Positions 37,031 through 45,686 of a DNA stretch of 64,000 nt are shown in pieces (within the stretch, counting starts at the first letter, position 1; each line of letters opens with the position of its first letter). The notes beneath the pieces are model-generated. The model was not told the DNA's origin. It searched no databases and saw only the letters and a list, made by a program, of their open reading frames with translations. The translations under genes were made by a program, and so were the position numbers. The stretch is from NCBI GenBank assembly GCA_964646765.1, contig CAZYIA010000003.1:130815-194814 (forward strand), written 5' to 3'. The stretch comes from an uncultured Candidatus Saccharibacteria bacterium. Its GTDB lineage: Bacteria; Patescibacteriota; Minisyncoccia; Phycocordibacterales; UBA9973.

Positions 37031-40009
37031 ATGCCAGAAAACTCTCAGTTTATTGCAGCATATAAAGGCTTAAATACGGCTCAGAAGAAGGCTGTCGAGG
37101 CTCTCGAAGGACCAGTAATGGTAGTTGCTGGCCCAGGAACAGGAAAAACCCAAGTACTCTCACTTCGCATTGCTCATATTCTTACTGAAACTGATACGCC
37201 ACCTTCCGGGATTTTGTGTTTAACATTTACTAATGCAGGTGTTCGAGCGATGCGCGAACGCTTACTTCGGCTTATTGGTGCGCGTGGTAGTGAAGTGTAC
37301 GTTGCAACATTTCATCGCTTTGCTATTTCGCTTATCGAAAAATACTACGAGTTTCTTGATTTCGACACCACCCCTGTGCTCTTAGGAGACACTGAGGCAA
37401 TCGCTCTTGTTGACGAGATTTTGGAAACCGGAGAATGGAGGTACATTCGTCCACGAGGAAATGCAGCAAAATATTTTAGCGACTTGAAGTCGCTTGTTTC
37501 GCTTTTAAAACGCGAAAAAATTTCTCCATCAGGTTTTCTGCAAGAAATTGAAATTGATATTGAAGCGCTTCGTACTTCACCTGAGAGTCTCTCTTCTCGC
37601 GGTGCGCGTAAAGGGGAACTAAAAAAAGAAGTAGAGAAGAAAATTGAAAGTCTTGAGCGAACACGCGAAGTAGTTCGTTTTTATGAGGTGTACGAAAGTG
37701 TCAAACGTGATCGGGCGCTCATGGACTACGACGATGTGCTTTCCTATGCAGTTACTCTTGCCGAAGAGTCTGAAGATGTTAGAGCGGCGCTTCGAGAGAA
37801 TTACCTCTATATACTTGTTGATGAGCACCAAGACTCAAGCGGTATTCAAAATGCTTTTATTGAAGCTGTGTGGGGTGGAACCGAGCAGCCAAATATTTTT
37901 GTTGTAGGGGATGATCGTCAGCTTATTTATGGATTCGGTGGGGCTTCTCTCGCACACTTTACCCGATTTCGTGACGCATTTGGTAAAGCGAAGGAAATTA
38001 CTCTTACCGAAAATTATCGTTCAACCCAAACTATTCTCGACACTGCTGAAGCACTACTCACGAGCACAATTGCCGATGGCAAACTGCAAAGTATAAATAC
38101 GAACGATGGCGAGAAGGTTCAGCTTGTTGAGTGTGATTATCCGCGGGATGAAATTATTGTCGCCGCTCTCGATATTAAAGAAAAAATTGCTTCTGGTATT
38201 TCTCCTGAAGAATGCGCTATTTTGGTTCCCAAAAATCATCAGGTACGAAGTGCGGTTGAAATTCTTCGTAGCCTAGGTTTACCCGTAGCTTCCTCTGGAG
38301 CACTTTCTTTTTTTGCCGTTCCTGAAACAAAAACTATTAGGACAATTCTCTCTGTGCTTGCTGATCCTTATAATGGTGCGGCGCTTGGTGCACTATTGCT
38401 TGATCCGGTATTGACGATTCCACCACTTGAAGCGCATCGGTTTTTGCGCAACGTGAACACTCGAAAACTCTCTCTTGAGGATGTACTAAAACAAGGAGCG
38501 TCAGTATTGCCGACCGATCCTATCGCTCGACTTGGGGTGTTGCTGTCTGATTTTTTGACCTGCTCTCAAACCTTAGGACTCCATGGTTTGATCCAAAAAA
38601 TAGGGGAGGACGTATTTTTTACTAACCCTAAAGAGCATGAAGCGATCATTCGCCAAGTTGAAATTATTCGAACTTTTATCCACCTTCTCGAAGGTGAGCG
38701 CGAGCGAAACGCACATCTCACTCTCTCAGAGTTTTTGGCATACCTCGACCGACTTGAAGAATATGGTCACCCAATTCCACTTGCGGTATTTGCCGGAGAA
38801 ACGGGTGTTCGAGTGCTTACCTTCCATGGGTCAAAAGGTCTCGAGTTTAAAGCTGTATATATTGCCCATCTCGACGAGGCTTCGTTGATGAGAGGTAAGC
38901 GCTCAGGTTTTACCTTACCTGAGAGTATAGAAGCTAAGCTTTCCGTAAAAGATGAGATGGTTGCTCGTCGAGAGCTCTATGTGGCCATCACGCGAGCAAA
39001 AGAATTTTGCGCCATCTCGTATTCTCGTCATTCGTATCAAGGAGCCGAACTTTCACCAGCCCACATTCTAGCTGATTTGCCGGAAGACTTGGTTGAGCGA
39101 AAAACCGCTACCGAGGTTGAGTCAAAAATTCTCGCAAAAAATCCAAAAATGTATGTCACCGGTACGTCAGAGTTTCCAAAAGCAACTCTCAAAGAGCTTA
39201 CAAAAATAGTTTCTGAGGAATATCCACGAACGAGTGTTTCTGTAACCCTCCTCAATAATTTTTTTGAATGCCCATGGAAATGGTATTTTCGAAATTTACT
39301 CCAGATGCCTGAGATGAAGACTGAGAGTTTAATTGTTGGTTCAGTAGTTCATACTGGGATTGAATATCTATTAAAACATCGCGGGCAAACATCTGAAAAA
39401 GATCTTGAAGAAGCCATGATGGTTTGTATGGAAAAAGAGTATGTATGTGGTGAGACAATGATGGAGCGTGTCATGCGAGATGCAAAGAAAATTCTCGGAA
39501 CATTTACCACGACATACCTTCCTCATATAGTGCCGCATGCTCTTTCAGAACGATCGTTAACGTATCGTGATCCAAAAGTAGCCCACCTAACGTGCTATGG
39601 CAAAATTGACCTCACTGAACGCGAAGAGAACGGCACAGTTCATGTTACTGACTTTAAAACTGGTGGTCCAAAACCGGCGCGAACAATTGAAAAACTTGAT
39701 GACGAAGGTCGTATGAGTTCACTACTTCGTCAGCTCGCTATGTATACATTTTTGATTACCGGAGCAGAACGAGGAACAAAAGTTGGCGCTTCGAAACTCT
39801 TGTTCCTCGAGGCATCTGTTGGTGACGCTGATGCAATCTATACTAAAAATATTAGCGAGCAAGAAATAGGCCTCCTGAAAAAAGACATCAGAGACTACGA
39901 TATGTTAGTTTCGAGTGGAGAGTGGGTAGAGCGCCCATGTAATGCGGAGATATATGGCAAAGCAGAAGGTTGCGAATACTGTGCTAAAGCCAAAGCCCTG
40001 TATTACTAA
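37031..40009 (+). CDS. UvrD/PcrA-like SF1 helicase fused to a C-terminal Cas4/AddB-like PD-(D/E)XK nuclease domain with a Fe-S cysteine cluster
   Basis: Walker A AGPGTGKTQVL, the DEHQDSS motif II, and nuclease motifs GKIDLT...VHVTDFKTG. The cysteines are at FECPWKWYF and CNAEIYGKAEGCEYC, a C...C-x10-C-x2-C arrangement. Confidence 0.7.
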   Translation: MPENSQFIAAYKGLNTAQKKAVEALEGPVMVVAGPGTGKTQVLSLRIAHILTETDTPPSGILCLTFTNAGVRAMRERLLRLIGARGSEVYVATFHRFAISLIEKYYEFLDFDTTPVLLGDTEAIALVDEILETGEWRYIRPRGNAAKYFSDLKSLVSLLKREKISPSGFLQEIEIDIEALRTSPESLSSRGARKGELKKEVEKKIESLERTREVVRFYEVYESVKRDRALMDYDDVLSYAVTLAEESEDVRAALRENYLYILVDEHQDSSGIQNAFIEAVWGGTEQPNIFVVGDDRQLIYGFGGASLAHFTRFRDAFGKAKEITLTENYRSTQTILDTAEALLTSTIADGKLQSINTNDGEKVQLVECDYPRDEIIVAALDIKEKIASGISPEECAILVPKNHQVRSAVEILRSLGLPVASSGALSFFAVPETKTIRTILSVLADPYNGAALGALLLDPVLTIPPLEAHRFLRNVNTRKLSLEDVLKQGASVLPTDPIARLGVLLSDFLTCSQTLGLHGLIQKIGEDVFFTNPKEHEAIIRQVEIIRTFIHLLEGERERNAHLTLSEFLAYLDRLEEYGHPIPLAVFAGETGVRVLTFHGSKGLEFKAVYIAHLDEASLMRGKRSGFTLPESIEAKLSVKDEMVARRELYVAITRAKEFCAISYSRHSYQGAELSPAHILADLPEDLVERKTATEVESKILAKNPKMYVTGTSEFPKATLKELTKIVSEEYPRTSVSVTLLNNFFECPWKWYFRNLLQMPEMKTESLIVGSVVHTGIEYLLKHRGQTSEKDLEEAMMVCMEKEYVCGETMMERVMRDAKKILGTFTTTYLPHIVPHALSERSLTYRDPKVAHLTCYGKIDLTEREENGTVHVTDFKTGGPKPARTIEKLDDEGRMSSLLRQLAMYTFLITGAERGTKVGASKLLFLEASVGDADAIYTKNISEQEIGLLKKDIRDYDMLVSSGEWVERPCNAEIYGKAEGCEYCAKAKALYY

Positions 40010-40012
40010 TTA

Positions 40013-40135
40013 CTAGCGCGTAGTGTGCAGAAAGCTTTGATATGGGTTTCGGCCGTTATCAAGCCATCCCAGAAAAATACCTACCCCAAAGGTGATAGTG
40101 CCAAGCAAGATCAGCCATACAATCGCCTTTTTCAT
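40013..40135 (-). CDS. 40-aa micro membrane protein (not in the ORF track)
   Basis: Reverse-strand ORF MKKAIVWLILLGTITFGVGIFLGWLDNGRNPYQSFLHTTR with a single TM helix. It is preceded by an extended -10 (TGgTAAAAT, 40142-40150 on the - strand) exactly 6 nt upstream of the ATG. Confidence 0.35.
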   Translation of the reverse strand: MKKAIVWLILLGTITFGVGIFLGWLDNGRNPYQSFLHTTR

Positions 40136-40141
40136 AGGCCG

Positions 40142-40179
40142 ATTTTACCACAGCTTTAGAGTAGGTCGTATGCTATACT
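40142..40179. promoter_or_regulatory. Divergent pair of -10 elements, each 6 nt from its start codon (TGgTAAAAT on the - strand; TATACT at 40174-40179 on the + strand)
   Basis: Both can be read directly. The ATG at 40135 (-) and the ATG at 40186 (+) are each 6 nt from a -10 hexamer. Confidence 0.4.
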
Positions 40180-40185
40180 CCGCCT

Positions 40186-40416
40186 ATGGTAAATAGGCAA
40201 ATCCACGGTCACAACGTGCGCTATGAAGAGCATGATTTGGGGGCCGAAGAGGCAGTGCGGTTTTTAGAAATTCACAGTTCTCGTGAAGAAGCCGATGTCT
40301 TTTTCCATCAGGCTAAAGAGCGGGGAACTGCCCAGTTTGAGGATCGCCACGGAAAGAATTTTACCCTCATTCACCATATGGACGGTTACTACACCATTGA
40401 GCCAAGAAGTTATTAG
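40186..40416 (+). CDS. Small hypothetical protein (76 aa), paralogous to the next ORF
   Basis: The C-terminus HGKNFTLIHHMDGYYTIEP resembles GEKYKIVHDGGGNFHLKE in the downstream ORF. Confidence 0.4.
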   Translation: MVNRQIHGHNVRYEEHDLGAEEAVRFLEIHSSREEADVFFHQAKERGTAQFEDRHGKNFTLIHHMDGYYTIEPRSY

Positions 40417-40431
40417 TTTTAAATAGTAAGC

Positions 40432-40644
40432 ATGTCTAGCAGTAATTTTTTTGATAAGTATTCGCTTTCCTATGATTCAGGACTGGAAAGAGTAAAGGAC
40501 CACCTGAAGCATGATAGCGGAACGAAGGGACTGTTTTCTGAAGCAGAAGCCCATCATTACGGGTATTTCAGGTATAAAGGAGAAAAATATAAAATTGTAC
40601 ACGATGGAGGTGGCAATTTTCATCTAAAAGAAGACCATTTTTAA
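40432..40644 (+). CDS. Small hypothetical protein (70 aa), paralogous to the previous ORF
   Basis: See above. It is immediately followed by pheS with a 2-nt gap. Confidence 0.4.
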   Translation: MSSSNFFDKYSLSYDSGLERVKDHLKHDSGTKGLFSEAEAHHYGYFRYKGEKYKIVHDGGGNFHLKEDHF

Positions 40645-40646
40645 TT

Positions 40647-41345
40647 ATGGAAACTCGCGGTACTCTCCATCCGATCTCTTTGATTACGGACGACATTGTT
40701 CGCATTTTCGACAACCTTGGGTTTGAAGTTGCCACTGGCCCTGAACTTGAAGATGAATGGTATAACTTCGATGCGTTAAATGTGGCAAAAGATCATCCGG
40801 CACGAGACATGCAAGACACCTTTTGGATTAAAGGGGAGCAAGGTAAAGTACTTCGCACCCACGTTACTTCTACTACTGCTCGATTTTTAGAGCGTGTCGG
40901 TAAAGAGGGAACATTTCCACGCGCCTCGATTTCAGTCGGCAAAGTATTTCGGAACGAAGCAACAGATGCTACGCACGAAATGCAATTCTTCCAAGTTGAT
41001 GGTTGTGCTATTGGAGAAAATATTAATCTCGGTAATTTAAAATCTACACTTCTTACTCTCTATAAAGGTTTACTTGGTGAAGATACTGAAATACAGCTTC
41101 GCCCAAGCTTTTTTCCGTTCACTGAACCTTCAATTGAAGTGTGGGTGAAGTTCCGCAACCGATGGCTCGAAATGATGGGTGGCGGCATGATTCATCCAAA
41201 TGTACTCCGTAATCTTGGAATCGATCCTGAAAAATACCAGGGCTTTGCTTTCGGTGGAGGAGTTGATCGTATTTTAATGGTAAAGCACGACATTCCAGAT
41301 GTTCGCTTGCTTTATCAAGGTGATCTTCGCGTAAACCAATTTTAG
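40647..41345 (+). CDS. pheS: Phenylalanyl-tRNA synthetase alpha subunit (catalytic core only, N-terminally truncated)
   Basis: FDALNVAKDHPARDMQDTFWI, the class II motifs 2/3, and FGGGVDRILM are present. At 232 aa it is far shorter than canonical PheS. Confidence 0.85.
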   Translation: METRGTLHPISLITDDIVRIFDNLGFEVATGPELEDEWYNFDALNVAKDHPARDMQDTFWIKGEQGKVLRTHVTSTTARFLERVGKEGTFPRASISVGKVFRNEATDATHEMQFFQVDGCAIGENINLGNLKSTLLTLYKGLLGEDTEIQLRPSFFPFTEPSIEVWVKFRNRWLEMMGGGMIHPNVLRNLGIDPEKYQGFAFGGGVDRILMVKHDIPDVRLLYQGDLRVNQF

Positions 41346-41346
41346 T

Positions 41347-41757
41347 ATGAAGAATTTTTTTAGATTGGTTTCAATATATTTCCTGGATTTTCTATTTCCG
41401 GAAATACCAAATTTAATCCAGATTTTAACATTTATACTTGTCCTGAGTTTTTTGCTTCCCGATAAGTATGGCATCTGGATGACTACCACTCTGTTTTTGT
41501 TTGGTTCGTATTTAGTGGCGAAATTGTATAGGTTCCCTCAAGATTTTTATGACAAAGAATATCTTATAGACAATTTAAAGAGATTTTTTAATATTTCCAG
41601 CATACTATCTTTAATAATTCTAGCATTAGTATTTTGGGGGATAATTCAGGTGACAAAAATTATTGCCATAGAGACAAAGTTACGAGACTTAGAAAGGGTC
41701 GCATCGTTTAAACAACTCAAAACTGAGGAAGTTGCTTCTTTTTTAAAAAACAATTAA
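41347..41757 (+). CDS. Hypothetical membrane protein encoded by an AT-rich insert between pheS and pheT
   Basis: 136 aa with 3-4 TM helices. The local GC is visibly lower than in the flanks. Confidence 0.4.
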   Translation: MKNFFRLVSIYFLDFLFPEIPNLIQILTFILVLSFLLPDKYGIWMTTTLFLFGSYLVAKLYRFPQDFYDKEYLIDNLKRFFNISSILSLIILALVFWGIIQVTKIIAIETKLRDLERVASFKQLKTEEVASFLKNN

Positions 41758-41769
41758 ATTCTTCAATTT

Positions 41770-43578
41770 ATGAAAATTTCCTACAATTGGCTCAAATGGT
41801 ATGTAAACGGTGAATTGCCCGCCCCAGAAAAACTGGCAGATATTTTTACGTTCAAGCTTTGCGAAGTCGAAGGAATGGAAAAGCGTGAAGATGGCGATAC
41901 TATTTTTGATTTAAATATTTTACCAAACCGTGCTCATGATCTTCTTTCACACCACGGTGTAGCTCGCGAAGTTGCAGGCATGTTGGGATATACCTTTAAG
42001 GACCCAACTCCGCTCTATAAAATTCCTGAATCGAAACCAACCAAGCTTAGAATCGAGATAGAAACTCCAGCATGTCGCCGCTATATGGGCCGTGTTGTCC
42101 GTAATGTAAAGGTTGGGCCATCACCAGAATGGGTAGTAAAGCACCTCGAATCTGTTGGTCAGCGTTCAATAAATAATATTGTTGATGCAACTAATTTAGT
42201 GATGTTTGATTGCGGCCAGCCTTGCCACGCATTCGATATTAAACTCATTCCGGACGAAAAAATAAAAATTGGGGTAGCGAAAGATGGGGAAGAATTTCCT
42301 GTGCTCGGTCGTGACCAGGTAGTGGCAAAATTAAAAGCTACGGATATGGTTATTGCCGACAAGGATGGAAGCTCTTTGGCAATTGCTGGTGTAAAGGGCG
42401 GCCTAAATTCTGGCGTAACTGACGCTACCACTGATATCGTGCTCGAAGTAGCTAACTTTGAGCCAGTTTCTGTGCGCAAAACTGCTCGTCGTTTAAATTT
42501 GCTTTCTGATTCAGCAAAGCGTTTTGAAAATGATTTGTCGCCAGAGCACGCCTCATTTGCCATGATGGAACTTTCAGCAACTATTTTAGAAATGTGCCCC
42601 GAGGCTTCGTTTGAGGAAATTGTTGATGTGTATCCTAATCCAGAGCAACCACGAACGATTTCTTTTTCACTTTCAAAAATAAATTCGTACCTCGGTATAA
42701 ATCTCTCTGAAGATGAAATGGTAACCATCTTGGCCACCTATGGCTATAAAATTTCGGGAGCAGGGGATATTCGAACGCTTACCGTTCCATATCTTCGCCT
42801 TGATCTTACCGGTACACACGATGTTGCTGAAGAAGTAGCACGTCTCTATGGTTTGGAGAATATTAAAGCCGTACCACTTTCGTTTAAAGAGAAACCAGAA
42901 ATAAATGCAGAATTCTATAAAAAAGTAGCAGTGCGCCAAAAATTAATCAGCGAAGGATATCGAGAAACAATTACCTACGCGTTCCGAAAAAAAGGTGTGT
43001 ATGAAGTTGCTCGTGGGGTAGGTGATAAAGGAGCATTGCGCATAAATCTTGCTGATGGCCTTAAAGAAAGCTACGAGCTCAATCGTCTGAATGCGCCACT
43101 TCTTGGACTTGGAGATGTAAAAATTTTTGAAATTGGAGCTGTGTGGCCAAAAACTGGGGAAGAAATTCATGTAGCTTGGGCAGATAAAAAAGGCGTTACC
43201 GAAGTAACTCTTAACGAGTATTGCGAAAAAAATAGTATCTCAGTAGGGAATACCTATGCTGAATTACTTTCCTCGCAAACTTCCGGCGTTCGTTTTGTGC
43301 CCTGGTCATTGTTCCCATTCATTGTTCGAGACATTGCTCTGTGGGTTCCAGAAGGGACTACGAGTGAAGATGTGGCTGCGGTTATGAAAGGCGAACTAAA
43401 TGAGCTTTGTGTCCGAGGACCTGAGCTTTTTGACCAGTTTACAAAAGATGGCCGCACTTCGTACGCCTTCCGTATGGTTTTTCAAGCCCACGATAAAACA
43501 CTTTCTGACGTTGAAGTACATCCTTTTATAGAAAAAATTACCGCCAAACTTAACGAGAAAGGTTGGGAGGTGCGATAG
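41770..43578 (+). CDS. pheT: Phenylalanyl-tRNA synthetase beta subunit (short form)
   Basis: N-terminal MKISYNWLKWYV, the PheT hallmark, plus B3/4 and B5 core-like regions. At 602 aa it is shorter than canonical PheT. Confidence 0.85.
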   Translation: MKISYNWLKWYVNGELPAPEKLADIFTFKLCEVEGMEKREDGDTIFDLNILPNRAHDLLSHHGVAREVAGMLGYTFKDPTPLYKIPESKPTKLRIEIETPACRRYMGRVVRNVKVGPSPEWVVKHLESVGQRSINNIVDATNLVMFDCGQPCHAFDIKLIPDEKIKIGVAKDGEEFPVLGRDQVVAKLKATDMVIADKDGSSLAIAGVKGGLNSGVTDATTDIVLEVANFEPVSVRKTARRLNLLSDSAKRFENDLSPEHASFAMMELSATILEMCPEASFEEIVDVYPNPEQPRTISFSLSKINSYLGINLSEDEMVTILATYGYKISGAGDIRTLTVPYLRLDLTGTHDVAEEVARLYGLENIKAVPLSFKEKPEINAEFYKKVAVRQKLISEGYRETITYAFRKKGVYEVARGVGDKGALRINLADGLKESYELNRLNAPLLGLGDVKIFEIGAVWPKTGEEIHVAWADKKGVTEVTLNEYCEKNSISVGNTYAELLSSQTSGVRFVPWSLFPFIVRDIALWVPEGTTSEDVAAVMKGELNELCVRGPELFDQFTKDGRTSYAFRMVFQAHDKTLSDVEVHPFIEKITAKLNEKGWEVR

Positions 43579-43642
43579 TCCGCCTATAACTGGGGAAAAG
43601 AGAAGATTAGAGGTTAGGTTTTTCTGTTACAATTAAGGCACA

Positions 43643-45565
43643 ATGGTTTTTCAACGCCGCTATAGGCTACTGATAACTTCTCTCGTTACACTTTTCTTTT
43701 ACGGTGCTGGCGTTTCCTATGCTATGACGCTCGTAGCGCCTCATACCGTACTTGATCCAGTTGGTCTTCCTGGAGCGTATTCGGTGCAAACTGGTCCAGC
43801 CGGTTCTTCTTCCTCTATTCAATATAACGATGCCGGTGCTTTTGGTGCTGATCCAAACTTTACTCGCAACCCTCTCGGTACGGATTTTAATGTCATCTCA
43901 GATATTGGCACAGGAGTATCTGCCCGTATTCAGCAAAGTAGTTCGGTATTAGGTATAGGAATAAAAGGAACAGCGTTTTTGTATTCCGATAATAATTATG
44001 TATCTAGTTTTACGGGTATAGTAGCCGGGGACTTTACTGCTGTAGGTGGGGAAGCTAACGCAATGCTTATTGGTTACCAAGCGTTTAGTGGAGGAACTTC
44101 AGCTACTATTACACCAACGTATGATGCTGGTTCTGACACGTCTACTATTGGAGTTTCCACGAAAAATAGCACAGGAAAGGAGGCCCGTGTTGGAGTACAG
44201 GCAAACCCAACAGGAGGTAATATTAGTTTTAATTTTGGTGGTTCAAATAATTACTACTTTCCAGATACAGAACCTACTATAGGTACAGTTTTAGGATACA
44301 CAGGCTCTCATCAACTCGGTTGGGTTTCTGCTGGTGGTGGCGGTGGAGTAACAATAGGTAATCCAATTACCGGAGGCACTGGCGACCGTATTTTGTTTGA
44401 AGATGCTTCAAACAATCTTCGAGAAAGTAATAATTTAATATTTGTTGATACAACTGGTTATTTTGATGTTTCTTTTGCGGGTAGTACTCATTTCTTAAGT
44501 AATCCTTCAAGTGGGCAGTACTATATGGGTACTAACGGCGGAAATAAAACACTCATTCAGATACTTGATGGTGGTACCAATGAAATTTCAAATAGTGTAA
44601 ACGGTCAATTCTACGTTCAACAAACAAATGGCCCAAGACTTATTGATGGAAATACTAACACGTTTAATCTCTACCTTGGTGATGTAGGGCATAATGCAAA
44701 TACTACCTCTATCGAGCTCTTAGACTCTGCTGCACAGATACATCTTGTTGCTCACTCAACTGGAATTGGTTCTAGCGGTTTAATTGAAATTGGTGACAGA
44801 AACAACGATGGTAATAGCACGAAGTTTAGTTTGAATGATTTTGCTAGACAAGTATTTGTTCAAACAAATGGAGATTTTGGAGTACAGAATTTTTCAGGAC
44901 AACGTGCTATCGATGTTGATTTCTCATCGGGATTTTATTTTGCAGCAGGTGATGCTAATGCTGTTGCAAATGGTACGAAACTTACCGTCAACGACAGCAC
45001 TTCGCTTGTTACTATTAATGCAGCAAATGGGTTGGTAGTTAATGATAATAATTCCCACACATGTACTGTTGATCCGAACGGCGGCACCTGTACTTCTGAT
45101 GAACGTCTCAAAACTAATATTACTGATCTTCCTTCGACTACTCTCAATACTCTTGCTGGCCTTCGCACCGTTACCTACACCTGGAACAGTGGTGCTGATA
45201 TGACAACAAAGCATATTGGTTTTTTGGCACAAAATGTTCGCGATGCGTATCCAGAACTCGTTAGTACTGACCCAAATGGATACCTAGGTGTAAATTATCC
45301 AGGGTTCACCCCACTTCTTGTTGAAGCATTGAAAGAAGTGAAGTTGCAGCTTGATTCGCTTGATACTCTTATAACTACCAATACGTCATTTACTGCTCAC
45401 ATGCGAGAATGGTTGGGAGATACGGCAAATGGAATTGCTCGTATTTTTGCAGACAAAGTTGAGACGCATGAACTGTGTGTTGATGGTCAGTGTCTAAATG
45501 AGCAGGATGTGCGTGACCTTCTACAGTTGCGCAACCAAGTATTGGGCACCCTGGTACAGTCCTAA
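43643..45565 (+). CDS. Secreted fibre-like protein with a C-terminal intramolecular-chaperone (Peptidase_S74 / endosialidase chaperone-like) domain
   Basis: An N-terminal hydrophobic anchor, then a conserved VAPHTVLDPVGLPGAYSV motif, then a Gly/Asn/Thr-rich beta region. The C-terminus SDERLKTNITDL...HIGFLAQNVRDAYPELV...GYLGVNYPGFTPLLVEALKE matches the tail-fibre chaperone consensus. Confidence 0.6.
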   Translation: MVFQRRYRLLITSLVTLFFYGAGVSYAMTLVAPHTVLDPVGLPGAYSVQTGPAGSSSSIQYNDAGAFGADPNFTRNPLGTDFNVISDIGTGVSARIQQSSSVLGIGIKGTAFLYSDNNYVSSFTGIVAGDFTAVGGEANAMLIGYQAFSGGTSATITPTYDAGSDTSTIGVSTKNSTGKEARVGVQANPTGGNISFNFGGSNNYYFPDTEPTIGTVLGYTGSHQLGWVSAGGGGGVTIGNPITGGTGDRILFEDASNNLRESNNLIFVDTTGYFDVSFAGSTHFLSNPSSGQYYMGTNGGNKTLIQILDGGTNEISNSVNGQFYVQQTNGPRLIDGNTNTFNLYLGDVGHNANTTSIELLDSAAQIHLVAHSTGIGSSGLIEIGDRNNDGNSTKFSLNDFARQVFVQTNGDFGVQNFSGQRAIDVDFSSGFYFAAGDANAVANGTKLTVNDSTSLVTINAANGLVVNDNNSHTCTVDPNGGTCTSDERLKTNITDLPSTTLNTLAGLRTVTYTWNSGADMTTKHIGFLAQNVRDAYPELVSTDPNGYLGVNYPGFTPLLVEALKEVKLQLDSLDTLITTNTSFTAHMREWLGDTANGIARIFADKVETHELCVDGQCLNEQDVRDLLQLRNQVLGTLVQS

Positions 45566-45686
45566 TCAAGGAAGTACCTCTAAGGACAAACTAAAATTTA
45601 GAACAGCTGTAGCTCATTCCTACAAGCAAAACCTGCAAAATACGGTTGGAAAATTCACGAACAATCATGTTATACTTTGCTAACGT

